Assembly: GCF_032444005.1 (NCBI RefSeq)
Contig: NC_091282.1
Span: 1,016,862,001 to 1,016,926,000, forward strand
DNA: 64,000 bases
Source: Ranitomeya imitator
Taxonomy: Eukaryota
Reading direction: 5' to 3'
Position 1 is the first letter of the stretch. Each line of letters begins with the position of its first letter. Under the pieces are notes generated by a model that saw only the letters and a list, made by a program, of their open reading frames with translations, had not been told where the DNA came from and did no database searches. This document shows positions 33,898-46,464 of this stretch, piece by piece. The position numbers were made by a program, and so were the translations under genes.

Positions 33898-35860
33898 TTA
33901 TTGAAGGCGACCACTCTCAATCTCGCAGGGAAAAACATGGAATATTGCACGCCCAGTTCTCTCAACGCCTCTTGACGCCAGTAAACTGCATTCTCTGTTT
34001 CTGGACCGCAGCGGAGTAGTCCGTATAAATGGCAATCCTATGTCCTCCAGCAGTGAAGTCCTCCATTTCTCTGGCTTTCTCTTCTCCTTCAGCCAGCTTT
34101 CAATAAACTCAGTGGGATTTCTCCCCTCTGTTTTTTCTGGCAAACCGACTATCCGGATGTTATTTCTTCTGGATCTGTTTTCTAGATCCTCATTTTTTGC
34201 TGCCAATTCCTTTATCTGTTGGACAAACTTTTTCTCTGCCTTTTCCAATTTTACAATATGATCCTCAGCAGTGCTCATCCTCTCTTCCACTTCTCCCATA
34301 CGTTTGTCCATTCTCTGTACAGCAGCCTTTATTTGTATAATCTCCCTTTTAACCTCCATCATCTGAAGGGTTAAGTCATTTACTGGTTACAAGAAGATAA
34401 GAGGATAAAAACATCCTTTATGGTTGGTTCCCCACTCAGTTCCACTGCCTTCAGAGCCTCTGCCTCTGCAGCCATGCCACTGTCTTCCTCCCCCTTCTGA
34501 GACCCCCCCCCCAAGGCATTCCCTTATCAAGTCTCTCCTCCACCTCCTCCTCTCCTTCAGATCTCTCTTCAGATGTTTCCTGTGTCTTTTCCCCACCATC
34601 CACCCAGGCAAACCTTATTAGCTTTGCTGCAGCCTCAAGAAGTTTCTGACAGGCGGCATTTGCATTCACATAGTAACATAGTAACATAGTTAGTAAGGCC
34701 GAAAAAAGACATTTGTCCATCCAGTTCAGCCTATATTCCATCATAATAAATCCCCAGATCTACGTCCTTCTACAGAACCTAATAATTGTATGATACAATA
34801 TTGTTCTGCTCCAGGAAGACATCCAGGCCTCTCTTGAACCCCTCGACTGAGTTCGCCATCACCACCTCCTCAGGCAAGCAATTCCAGATTCTCACTGCCC
34901 TAACAGTAAAGAATCCTCTTCTATGTTGGTGGAAAAACCTTCTCTCCTCCAGACGCAAAGAATGCCCCCTTGTGCCCGTCACCTTCCTTGGTATAAACAG
35001 ATCCTCAGCGAGATATTTGTATTGTCCCCTTATATACTTATACATGGTTATTAGATCGCCCCTCAGTCGTCTTTTTTCTAGACTAAATAATCCTAATTTC
35101 GCTAATCTATCTGGGTATTGTAGTTCTCCCATCCCCTTTATTAATTTTGTTGCCCTCCTTTGTACTCTCTCTAGTTCCATTATATCCTTCATGAGCACCG
35201 GTGCCCAAAACTGGACACAGTACTCCATGTGCGGTCTAACTAGGGATTTGTACAGAGGCAGTATAATGCTCTCATCATGTGTATCCAGACCTCTTTTAAT
35301 GCACCCCATGATCCTGTTTGCCTTGGCAGCTGCTGCCTGGCACTGGCTGCTCCAGGTAAGTTTATCATTAACTAGGATCCCCAAGTCCTTCTCCCTGTCA
35401 GATTTACCCAGTGGTTTCCCATTCAGTGTGTAATGGTGATATTGATTCCTTCTTCCCATGTGTATAACCTTACATTTATCATTGTTAAACCTCATCTGCC
35501 ACCTTTCAGCCCAAGTTTCCAACTTATCCAGATCCATCTGTAGCAGAATACTATCTTCTCTTGTATTAACTGCTTTACATAGTTTTGTATCATCTGCAAA
35601 TATCGATATTTTACTGTGTAAACCTTCTACCAGATCATTAATGAATATGTTGAAGAGAACAGGTCCCAATACTGACCCCTGCGGTACCCCACTTCACAGC
35701 GTCCGATCTGGCATCGGCGACATCTTGGGTCTCTCCAGCCTCTCCTGCACCCACGTCCTTCTGCCTCCTCCTCGTCATTTCGTCTCTCACCGGTCGGCTT
35801 CTGCGACTCCCCTTCACTCCTGGGGACTTCAGCCCGCAGGTACGGCACAATTTGAAGCAA
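33898..35860 (-). pseudogene. L1 ORF1 (coiled coil + RRM-type), interrupted by CR1
   Basis: Pieces 33898-34362 and ~34380-34667, plus N-terminal part beyond 35694. Confidence 0.75.
34668..35693 (-). mobile_element. 5'-truncated CR1 copy (about 1.0 kb)
   Basis: Near-identical to the 3' end of 4351-9180; (CATAGTAA)n tail; TSD about TTCACA. Confidence 0.95.
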
Positions 35861-36029
35861 ACAGCTGTGTCTGCTCAGGATTATCTTGCTGGTAGCAGTG
35901 GGAGCTCTTTCCTCAGCGTCCGCTCACATGGCCAGCTAGGACACGCCCCATAGATAGATAGCTAATTGCTTCCTTATTTTACTGTACTTGTATTTATTGT
36001 TTACATAAATAAATAAAATGGCGTAGAGT

Positions 36030-36355
36030 CCCCCTTCATTTTGATAACCAGCTGAGGGAAATCCGACAGCTGGTGGCTGATGTTAATAATCTGGGATAGT
36101 GCCAATAGCCATAAAGATTATAGCTATTGGCTCCCTCCCAGACTAAGAACAACAGCCCTCTGCCGCCCTAGAAATGGCGCACCATTGGATGCACCAATTT
36201 TGGCGCATAGCCTCCGCTCTTCCCACTTGACCTGGTGTGGTGGCAAGTGGGGTAAAAGTTGTGGGGTTGATGTCAGCTGTTTTATGTCCACTGACATCAA
36301 GCTCAGGGATTAGTAATGGAGAGGCATCTATAAGACACCCCCATTACTAACCCTT
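36030..36355 (+). repeat. Unclassified interspersed repeat
   Basis: Inverted homologue at 37296-37314 plus 40467-40773 (split by the hAT element). Confidence 0.55.
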
Positions 36356-38244
36356 AATCAAATCTCATAAAGACAGAGTAAAGTTCTTTAAAAAGGAATA
36401 AACACTCTCCCATTCTCTTTTACCCATTTTGTCACAAAAAAATAAAAAAGCAAAGTAATACTCACCTTTCCACTGATAATCCATTAATGCCCATGTCACA
36501 TGACGATCTGGATAGTTTTGTGAGTGGTCACATCAGTGATGCTACCGCTCACCACGCCAGCCGGAACACACTGAACAAAACATGCTAACGCGGCTGCGTG
36601 TGACCGGTGGTGACGTCAAAAAGGTTACTGCAGGTCATAGACAGTGTTTTCCAGCTGATGTGGTCACTGATGTGACCGCTCACCAAACCATCCTGATCGT
36701 CGTGGGACATGGGCATTGATAGATTATAGGCGGAAATTTGCTTTAACTTCGCTTTTTTTTTTTAATAAGAAGGCCTTCGTGTGTGATAGCAGCAAAACAT
36801 TAAAAAATGATATAAATCTGGTGTTGCTGTAATCGCACCAACCCCAAAAAATAAACTCGTCTAATCACTTATACGAGGAACTGCATAAAAAATACATAAA
36901 ACCAATTTTTCCCCAGCTGTTGATTTGTTCATTCTGTCTCCCAAAGATTTCAGTAAGGCTCGGTTCACATCTATCCTGAGCACTATGCTGAGCATTTACA
37001 CTGGGTTTTCCATGTAAATCTCTGATCCAGGTGGAAACTCCGGTGGAAAATTTCCTATAATGAGGCAAATGGAGACACTGTGGACGCCGTCTGGCCTATG
37101 GTCCAGCGGTGTCTTTCTTTTCAAACGTGCATAAAAACTCAATCGAACACAGTTTTGTGCACTTCAGAAAAGAAGGAAAACGCACAACATAGGTCAGATG
37201 GATTGCAGAGTAACTCTGCTCCTTCATTATAGTAAATCGATCCCTCGGGGGTTTCATCTGAATCACATTACTCTGAGATTTACCATGTAACTATAGGATT
37301 AGTAATGGTGCCTTCAGTAGCGTAGCTACTGGGGGGGCAGAGGGGGCCATCGCCCCGGGCCCCACGCTCTGAGGGGGCCCACCCGGAGCTACGCTACTGT
37401 AACTGCATCGGCGCGCTGGGCGCGCCGATGCAGTTACATTCTGCGACAGGGCAGGGAGAATCGATCTCCCTGCTCTGCCGCTATAGGGCCGCTGAGCAGG
37501 CGGGGGGGGCCCGGTGCCAGCAGTGGGCCCCCCGCCCACTATCGCAATGTGAGCTGTATCGGCATCTAGCCGATACAGCTCACCGAAGTGATGAGGGAAG
37601 AAGCGCTGCGCTGCTTCTCCCATCATCCCCCACACTGATAGCGGGCGCGATGACATCACTGTCCGGCGCCCGCTGTCAGTGTAGATGAGCGGGAACAGGG
37701 AGCGCCGCTGGAAGAACAAGGAGGAAGAGAGGTGAGTATTTGTTTATTTATAGGATCTGTCTATTGGGGGGGTGCTGCCTTATTCTAAAGGATCTGCCTA
37801 TGGGGGGGTTCTGCCTTATACTACAGGGTCTGCCTATAGGGGTGCTGCCTTGTGCTATATTGAGGACTATCTGGCACATTATACTATATGGCGTTTATCT
37901 ATGGGGCCATCATATAGTATGGGGATTACAGTGTTGGAGCCATCAAACAGTTTGAAGGCTACTAAGGCATCAGTATACTGTGTGGGTGGTACTATACAGT
38001 TAGGGGGCATTATACTGTGTATAGGGGAGCTGTACGGGGGGAGACTCGGGACATTATTAAATGTAAAGTGGGCACTTATTGAAATAGGGGAACTCAGGTT
38101 ACTGTGACTATCAAAGGGGCACACAGAGGGCATTATTACTTTCTAGGGGGCAAAATGTGGGCTCTGTTTTCTAGGGCACTTGCACCCGGCATTACTATAT
38201 TATAGAGGGGTGCTTTAGAATTTAGAGGATACAGAGAACCGCAG

Positions 38245-40045
38245 AGTAGGTGCAGTAATAGGGTCACATATGGCAGCGGAGGCTCAGTATTGGGGTATCA
38301 GGTGCAGTAATAGGGACATATACGGCAGCAGTGGCTCAGTATTGGGGTATCAGGTGCAGTAATAGGGACACATACGGCAGCAGCGGCTCAGTATTGGGGT
38401 ATCAGGTGCAGTAATAGGGACACATATGGCAGCAGCGGCTCAGTATTGGGGTATCGGGCAGTAATAGGGACAAATAGGGCAGCAGCGGCTCAGTATTGGG
38501 GTATCAGGTGTAGTAATAGGGACACATACGGCAGCAGCGGCTCAGTATTGGGGTATCGGGCAGTAACATAGTAACATAGTAACATAGTTAGTAAGGCCGA
38601 AAAAAGACATTTGTCCATCCAGTTCAGCCCATATTCCATCATAATAAATCCCCAGATCTACGTCCTTCTACAGAACCTAATAATTGTATGATACAATATT
38701 GTTCTGCTCCAGGAAGACATCCAGGCCTCTCTTGAACCCCTCGACTGAGTTCGCCATCACCACCTCCTCAGGCAAGCAATTCCAGATTCTCACTGCCCTA
38801 ACAGTAAAGAATCCTCTTCTATGTTGGTGGGAAAACCTTCTCTCCTCCAGACGCAACGAATGCCCCCTTGTGCCCGTCACCTTCCTTGGTATAAACAGAT
38901 CCTCAGCGAGATATTTGTATTGTCCCCTTATATACTTATACATGGTTATTAGATCGCCCCTCAGTCGTCTTTTTTCTAGACTAAATAATCCTAATTTTGC
39001 TAATCTATCTGGGTATTGTAGTTCTCCCATCCCCTTTATTAATTTTGTTGCCCTCCTTTGTACTCTCTCTAGTTCCATTATATCCTTCATGAGCACCGGT
39101 GCCCAAAACTGGACACAGTACTCCATGTGCGGTCTAACTAGTGATTTGTACAGAGGCAGTATAATGCTCTCATTATGTGTATCCAGACCTCTTTTAATGC
39201 ACCCCATGATCCTGTTTGCCTTGGCAGCTGCTGCCTGGCACTGGCTGCTCCAGGTAAGTTTATCATTAACTAGGATCCCCAAGTCCTTCTCCCTGTCAGA
39301 TTTACCCAGTGGTTTCCCATTCAGTGTGTAATGGTGATATTGATTCCTTCTTCCCATGTGTATAACCTTACATTTATCATTGTTAAACCTCATCTGCCAC
39401 CTTTCAGCCCAAGTTTCCAACTTATCCAGATCCATCTGTAGCAGAATACTATCTTCTCTTGTATTAACTGCTTTACATAGTTATGTATCATCTGCAAATA
39501 TCGATATTTTACTGTGTAAACCTTCTACCAGATCATTAATGAATATGTTGAAGAGAACAGGTCCCAATACTGACCCCTGCGGTACCCCACTGGTCACAGC
39601 GACCCAGTTAGAGACTATACCATTTATAACCACCCTCTGCTTTCTATCACTAAGCCAGTTACTAACCCATTTACACACATTTTCCCCCAGACCAAGCATT
39701 CTCATTTTGTGTACCAACCTCTTGTGCGGCACGGTATCAAACGCTTTGGAAAAATCGAGATATACCACGTCCAATGACTCACCGTGGTCCAGCCTATAGC
39801 TCACCTCTTCATAAAAACTGATTAGATTGGTTTGACAGGAGCGATTTCTCATAAACCCATGCTGATATGGAGTTAAACAGTTATTCTCATTGAGATAATC
39901 CAGAATAACATCCCTCAGAAACCCTTCAAATATTTTACCAACAATAGAGGACACATAGGGCAGCAGCGGCTCAGTATTGGGGTATCAGGTGTAGTAATAG
40001 GGAAATATATGGCAGCAGGGGCTCAGTATTGGGGTATCAGCAGGA
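38245..40045 (+). repeat. 52-bp minisatellite split by CR1
   Basis: GGCAGCAGCGGCTCAGTATTGGGGTATCAGGTGCAGTAATAGGGACACATAC units at 38245-38566 and 39950-40045. Confidence 0.9.
38567..39949 (-). mobile_element. 5'-truncated CR1 copy (about 1.4 kb)
   Basis: Near-identical RT C-terminal region and (CATAGTAA)n tail. Confidence 0.95.
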
Positions 40046-40777
40046 TTAGGGGTTTGTGCAGGTTGAGAATAGATGGTGATGGCTGGTATGTGAGAAGTGA
40101 AACGTGTCTTTGTTGTTTTCTCTGCAGACAAGTTGTAGCTGGAAGAAGTTGTCATGTCGGTCTGGGCTAGATGGAAAAGACGGGAAAAGTGACGATTCCA
40201 TCATAAAGAACGTCAATGGTAAGTCCTTATCTGTAACTGTGCTATGATCTCTTATATGCTCTGTAGGGCTGGTATTTACCACTGACCATATGGCGGTAAT
40301 ATCCATGTTGGTCGTTATATAGAGATTATCTTCAGTAACAGCGCGGTCATCTGCTGAGGTTCTCCACTATTAGGGGGCGTCATCGAGTTGTAATCATGGT
40401 TACCTGGTTAGGGGCCCACTCAGAAGCTTCGCCCCCCCCCGGACCAAAACCCTAGCTACGCCTCTGGGTGTCTTATAAATGCCTGTCCATTACTAAGCCG
40501 TGGCCTTTTGATATCACCAAACATTACAAAGGTTACATCAATCCCACCACTATGGACCCCACTTGCCACCACCACAGGCCAAGTGGCAATAGCCAGGTAA
40601 AGCGCCAGAATTGGTGCATCTAATAGATGCGCCTTTTCTGGGTGACTGCGGGCTGCTACTTTTAGGCTGGGGGTGCAATATTCATGGCCCCTTACCAGCC
40701 TGAGAATAGCAGCCCCCAACGGTGAGCTTTAGCAAGGCTGGTTGCCAAAAAATGGGGGGACCCCAGGCCTTTTTTAA

Positions 40778-41515
40778 CCCCTTTCTGACATCAGACATAC
40801 TATCCCGTCGAGGTGACCTGGGCCTGTATGACCAACAACGGGATAGTACGTCATATGCGATAAGCCGCACTCACGGGCGGAGGGCGGCCAATCACGGCCG
40901 GGTGTCAGCTGATTATCACAGCTGACATCTGGCACTATGAGCCAGGAGCAGTCACGGACCGCTCCCGCCACTTTAACCCCCCGGGAACACTGTGATCAAA
41001 CAAGATCACAGCATTCCGGTGGCATAGGGAAGCATCGCACAGGAAGAGGGCCCCTGCATGCTTCCCTGAGACCCTCAGAACAACGCGATGTGATTGCTTT
41101 GTTCCGAGGGTCTCCTCCTGTCTCCTCCCTGCAGGCCCCCGGATCCAAGATAGCCACAGGGGCCTTCCGGGTCCTGCAGGAAGGTGGCTTGTCAGTGCCT
41201 GCTGAGAGCAAGCACCGGCAAGCCTCCTGCACTGCCTGTCAGATCGCTGATCTGACAGTGCTCTGCAAAGTGTCAGATCAGCGATCTGACACTATATAGT
41301 GATGTCCCACCCTGGGACAATGTAAAAAAGTAAATCAAATATATATACATTACACTGTGTAAAAATATTTTTTAAAAATTCCTAAATAAAGAAAAAAAAA
41401 TATTGTTCCAATAAAACATTTCTTTATGTAAATAAAAAAATACAATAAAAGTAAACATACTTAGTATCACCGTGTCCTTAACGACCCGACCTATAAAACT
41501 ATCCCACTAGTTAAC
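40778..41515 (+). mobile_element. Left end of a piggyBac-like non-autonomous element (truncated)
   Basis: TTAA|CCCCTT start; homology to 27311-29812. Confidence 0.6.
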
Positions 41516-41544
41516 ATACACTGCAGACCTCAGAACGGAGATGT

Positions 41545-41930
41545 TGCAGGGACGAGTCATGTGACCTGCCTGTGTCACGTGGTTCCTAGTTATCCTCAAC
41601 ACCTAGCAGGAGCTTCTCCGGTTCACTGCAGATGCAGCAAGGCTCCCGGCTATGCCGAGTGACCTCCAGCGGGTCAGTGCTGTGTGTCCCGTCTCACTAC
41701 GTCCTCAGTCCGCTGCAGCTGGTGTGGGGGAAGGAGGGGCGGACAGCACAACTTGTATTACTTATTGCGCGGAGAATGGAAGGAAGACTTTGTGCTGGGA
41801 GTTTTAGAAGCTACAGGTGGGATATGCAGCCCCCGGTCTCTGGGGCAGGGGTTACTTACTAGCTTATAGCTGTGCAGCTTGAGTGGAACCACAGGTCCCA
41901 GCACACACTGCAGAGCCGCAGCTTAGTGGA
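41545..41930. promoter_or_regulatory. Possible host promoter / first exon
   Basis: Apparently non-repetitive, CpG-containing; GTCATGTGAC and GTCACGTG E-box/CLEAR-type sites, a GGGGCGG box, and a Kozak-like ATG with a downstream CAG|GTGGGA donor. Confidence 0.3.
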
Positions 41931-43904
41931 TGGTGCAAATCGGCTCCGTACATTAGAAATCTTTTGAGAAGCCTATGTTCTTCTTACTAAATGTAACACA
42001 GAATTACTGCACAATGTGACTGATCACAAGATGTCAAGACTTGTGCAAAATTGTTACTAGGAGATCGGATAGCAGCGACATCAGTATGGATGTAGCAGAG
42101 CTGAGGCAGCATCAGTATTGATGTAGTAGAGCTGAGGCAGCATCAGTATGGATGTAGCAGAGCATAGGCGGCTTCAGTATAGATGTAGCAGAGCTGAGGC
42201 AGCATCAGTATGGATGTAGCAGAGCTGAGGTGGCATCAGTATGGATGTAGCAGAACTTAGTCAGCATCAGTATTGATGTAGCAGAGCTGAGGTGGCATCA
42301 GTATGGATGTAGCAGTGCTGAGGCAGCATCAGTATTGTGGTGCCCCAGGGTCTTGGTCGTCACAGTGGTATTGCTTTTCTCCAAGAGAGAGTGATGCTAC
42401 GTTTGGAGGCAAGAAAGGATAACTGCATCCAGGTATCACAAACATGCAACACATTCACACTCCAGGCCACCAGGGGGAGCTTCTGTTCCTATTTATTAGG
42501 TCACTCCCCACATATATATAACTGGTAGTCTGTAGGAAAAGTTAGTCAGTTCCAGACAGTAGTCTGAAGAGGACAGAGGGTCAACAGAGCTGTGCATGCC
42601 CTCAGAGCTGCAGCTCCCAGAAAGAGACATTGGAAGGTGGAATTGTATTGCAGCGAGCCTGAAGGAAGTCGAAGCAAAGGAGAGGATACCAGAAGGGGAC
42701 CAGCCCCGAACAGGCTGCCTCCTTCTGAGGCGCAGAACCCCGGTAGCCAGAACACTGAGGGAATAAGGACCTCTGCGCCTTATTTCAGAGACCGATGTAT
42801 AAGAATAAACGCGTGCACAGCCGTTTAAGAGGTGCCAGAGTAGGTTCCACCACCATAAGTTGTAGCAAAAAACTCAGACTTAACTTAATCAGATAAGTGA
42901 TTTAATGGTGTCCACGTTTAGTAACAGAAGAAACTGTGACGGGGTGTACGGCAGAGCAAGAAGGGACAACAGGCCGAGGGATGATTCAACAGATTTATTA
43001 TCAAGAACGCTGGAACAACACATGCAGGTAGATCTACAGAGTCCACAATTAGTCCAATGGAACAGGTTCGGGGGCACCTCCCGATAATCCTTGTGCCAGG
43101 TAACAAAGCAATAGTCCACAATTAGTCCAAGGGATCCCAAAACAATCTCACAAACGACGAGATATGTCCTCAGCTCAAGTCTCGCCCCGTTCGCTTCCAC
43201 AGTCCTAGATTGACGTGGGGTCTTGCCTCAGCTAAGAATCCCCACTCCTTCTCCTTCAAGGATCAACTCACATCTGATCTCAAAATAATAATGGATTGTC
43301 TGAGCTCCTGGGATCCGCCCATGAAGGGGGTAGGGGTTACACCTTCTATTCAATGGTTTGGTCCACCAGAAGATTCTAGACTGGTGGGCTCCAGACAGTC
43401 TATGTAATATGTACATTTGACTAGCCACCTGCTGTGAGGAAGAATGGCTATTCCTCCACTAGTGATGTTGACAAAGCTTAATTACATTAGAGCTTAGGGC
43501 TGCAAGTATTGGGGGAAGGAGACATTGTTACAGGTGAACTCCCAGCCAAGAAAATACATAAATTACAGCTAATAGAAACCAGAGAACAGTTACATACATC
43601 AAATGGCATATTATTCAAATACAGGACAGGGCAAAAGTACATATCATGACAATCCCTTCCCCTCCCAATTTGTGTACGTACCAGGGACCTCTACAGGTCG
43701 CTGGTTAAGTACACACAGGCAGAGCGTAACTTACATGTGGCTTCATGCAGCCATAAATTGGCATCTTAGCTCTCCCACATCATTGCCCAGGAGAACATCT
43801 GCAGGCAGACCACCCATCACCCCAACCACACATCGCCTGACCCCAAAACCAAAGTTCAGATCCACAGTGGCTGTGGGAATAGTCCTCCATTGTCCACCAG
43901 CCAG

Positions 43905-45671
43905 TTAAATGACAATCCCAGGTCCTCGATGGATTGCCTCAGGCCGAACCACTCGGGGATCAGCCAGTGTGAGGAAAGCCCCTGAGTCACAAAACCCAAT
44001 AAGTCTCTGTCCATCCAGCACGACCTCCTGCAAGTGCTTACCTCGATGAGCAGAAGTCGTCATAGCTGCAGGTCGCACACCATAAACTCCTAATGGTGCA
44101 ACATAGGTGGGTGAGGCCCTAGGCCAGTCCTCACGTAGTGGTGACACGTCGTCCTCCATGGCACTTGGCTGTACATAATTAATAATACGACTGGGTACAG
44201 GATTAATCCTCATTTGAACAGCTGGGCAGGATGCTTGCAGATGCCCCGGCTGTCCGCATCGATAGCATCTGTGCTGGGTCTCACTCCATCCAAGGCGTCC
44301 TCTTGGGCGAGGGATAAGGGAACCTGGAGGCCGGCCCCCACCTGAAGGTGCTGTAGGGTTTTGAGGATGACTCCTCCATGGGCTGGCTGGGCATGAGGCC
44401 TGCAGATGCCCCGGATGCCCACAACCATAACACCTGTGCTCTGCTACTTCCTCTCCTCGTCGTATTCCAGAAAACGCAGTAGAAGCAACTGGAGGCACAT
44501 TTACACGGGTATCAGCATGAGGTGGTGGCTTAGAGGAACGGGGAACAATGGGGACAGAAGAACAGGGGGCCACCGGTGTTGTGGAGCTGGTAGGCCTCTC
44601 TCCATCCTCCAAGAGAATCCTCCACTGAGGCTTGATGGTGAGAGCCTCATCAGCTAGAGCTGCAGCTTCCTCCACAGTGTCTGGTCTCCTTTCACGCACC
44701 CATTCCCGGATCTCAGCAGGGCACTTGAAGTAAAACTGCTCTTTTAGGATAACCTGGAGGAAGGTCTCCCAGGTTAAGGCCTCCTCTGCCTCCAGCCAGC
44801 GATGACATATTTGTTTGAGTCTGTGGGCATACATCTTGAAAGACACTTCCTCATCACAGGCTAAAGTACGGAACTGAGTCCTGTAAGTGTCTGGGGTAAC
44901 AGCATAATGTTCTAGAATAGTCCGTTTAATCTCCGCATACTCACAGTTCCTTTGAGGGTCCATAGCTCTATAGGCTGCGGCAGCTCCACCCTCTAAGAGC
45001 CCCACCAGATGTCGGACTCGGTCCCTTTCCGGGACTTCCATTAATCGACACTGATGCTCAAAGTCCTGGAAGAAGCCCTCAATGTCGCCTGCAGCCTCAT
45101 TAAAGGGCTTGAAGTCTTTGTGGGACACTCTGGGGAGTTCCCTCATGGTGGGCGCTGGGGTTAGAGTCTGTCTGGAGCTTCTAGCTGCTTCCAAAGCGAT
45201 CTGCCTCTCCAGCAATGCCATCTCCTGAGCTCTGTCCTCGGCTCTGCGAATGGCCTCCCTCTCCTCGGCTCTGTGAATGGCCTCCCTCTCCTCGGCTCTG
45301 TGAATGGCCTCCCTCTCCTCGGCTCTGTGAATGGCCTCTCTCTCCCTCTCCTGAGCTCGGTGAATGGCCTCTTTCTTATAGTCTATTGTGGCCTCTTGTC
45401 CCAGCAATGCCAACTCCTCCTCGTACCACACAACCCACTGACTTTTTTGGGTATTTACCTCCGGCTGCAGTCTTTCCTCCATTTGCTGTGAGGATCCTTC
45501 CTCAGCGTCATCTTGCAGGCGAACTCCTTCCAAAGCCTCAATAAGCTGCTCCTTGGAGAGCCCCTTAAAACGGACTCCTACTTCACGGGCCTTTGATTGT
45601 AGGCTCCCCAAAGTCCAGATCTTGCACTCTGCGGTGCTGGTTCCCGATGTTGATGGGCCTTTGTCCTCCAT
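43905..45671 (-). CDS. gag: Gag polyprotein with SAP-like N-terminus, SCAN-like capsid, two CCHC knuckles and a truncated protease
   Basis: MEDKGPS...; LQSKAREVGVRFKGLSKEQLIEAL; ILKEQFYFKCPAEIREWVRERRP; CYGCGHPGHLQASC and CYRCGQPGHLQASC; FCDSGA then stop. Confidence 0.88.
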   Translation of the reverse strand: MEDKGPSTSGTSTAECKIWTLGSLQSKAREVGVRFKGLSKEQLIEALEGVRLQDDAEEGSSQQMEERLQPEVNTQKSQWVVWYEEELALLGQEATIDYKKEAIHRAQEREREAIHRAEEREAIHRAEEREAIHRAEEREAIRRAEDRAQEMALLERQIALEAARSSRQTLTPAPTMRELPRVSHKDFKPFNEAAGDIEGFFQDFEHQCRLMEVPERDRVRHLVGLLEGGAAAAYRAMDPQRNCEYAEIKRTILEHYAVTPDTYRTQFRTLACDEEVSFKMYAHRLKQICHRWLEAEEALTWETFLQVILKEQFYFKCPAEIREWVRERRPDTVEEAAALADEALTIKPQWRILLEDGERPTSSTTPVAPCSSVPIVPRSSKPPPHADTRVNVPPVASTAFSGIRRGEEVAEHRCYGCGHPGHLQASCPASPWRSHPQNPTAPSGGGRPPGSLIPRPRGRLGWSETQHRCYRCGQPGHLQASCPAVQMRINPVPSRIINYVQPSAMEDDVSPLREDWPRASPTYVAPLGVYGVRPAAMTTSAHRGKHLQEVVLDGQRLIGFCDSGAFLTLADPRVVRPEAIHRGPGIVI

Positions 45672-45684
45672 TCCTTCTGCTCTG

Positions 45685-45703
45685 ATCCCACTGCTTGCCA
45701 CCA
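45685..45703 (-). promoter_or_regulatory. PBS, tRNA-Leu type with one extra base
   Basis: TGGTGGCAAGCAGTGGGAT versus TGGTGGCAGCGGTGGGAT expected for tRNA-Leu(AAG/TAG) as recalled. Confidence 0.65.
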
Positions 45704-46426
45704 GTTTGTGACGGGGTGTACGGCAGAGCAAGAAGGGACAACAGGCCGAGGGATGATTGAACAGATTTATTATCAAGAACGCTGGAACAACACATGCATG
45801 TATATCTACAGAGTCCACAATTAGTCCAATGGAACAGGTTCGGGGGCACCTCCCGATAATCCTTGTGCCAGGTAACAAAGCAATAGTCCACAATTAGTCC
45901 AAGGGATCCCAAAACAATCTCACAAACGACGAGATATGTCCTCAGCTCAAGTCTCGCCCCGTTCGCTTCCACAGTCCTAGATGGACGTGGGGTCTTGCCT
46001 CAGCTAAGAATCCCCACTCCTTCTCCTTCAAGGATCAACTCACATCTGATCTCAAAATAATAATGGATTGTCTGAGCTCCTGGGATCCGCCCATGAAGGG
46101 GGTAGGGGTTACACCTTCTATTCAATGGTTTGGTCCACCAGAAGATTCTAGACTGGTGGGCTCCAGACAGTCTACATAATATGTACATTTGACTAGCCAC
46201 CTGCTGTGAGGAAGAATGGCTATTCCTCCACTAGTGATGTTGACAAAGCTTAATTACATTAGAGCTTAGGGCTGCAAGTATTGGGGGAAGGAGACATTGT
46301 TACAGGTGAACTCCCAGCCAAGAAAATACATAAATTACAGCTAATAGAAACCAGAGAACAGTTACATACATCAAATGGCATATTATTCAAATACAGGACA
46401 GGGCAAAAGTACATATCATCATGACA

Positions 46427-46464
46427 GAAACGTTTCGGTCCTATAACCGGACCTTCATCAGTCA
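46427..46464 (-). ncRNA. Minimal type I hammerhead ribozyme motif (weak stem I)
   Basis: GA-CTGATGA-A-GGTCC(GGTTATA)GGACC-GAAAC-GTT-TC; palindromic stem III ACGT; GUU cleavage triplet. Confidence 0.65.

Larger units (their letters stand above)
29986..35949 (-). mobile_element. L1-clade LINE, 3'-truncated, with SINE, solo LTR and CR1 insertions
   Basis: GGGGCGTGTCC-type 5' end near 35949; ORF1 remnants (LENRSRRNNIRIVGLPE); ORF2 remnants (SWNVRGL, LIIGDLN, SDHNP, GTRQGCPLSPLLF). Confidence 0.88.
37315..40466. mobile_element. Non-autonomous hAT element containing a minisatellite and a CR1
   Basis: TIRs CAG(T/A)(A/G)GCGTAGCTA; 8-bp TSD GGTGCCTT / GGTGTCTT. Confidence 0.85.
42935..46426 (-). mobile_element. 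Young non-autonomous Gmr1-like Ty3/gypsy element (gag only)
   Basis: ~717-bp LTRs 42935-43651 and 45707-46426 differing at only a few sites; 5-bp TSD GAAAC; PBS 45685-45703; PPT GGGAGGGGAAGGGAT next to 43652. Confidence 0.92.
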
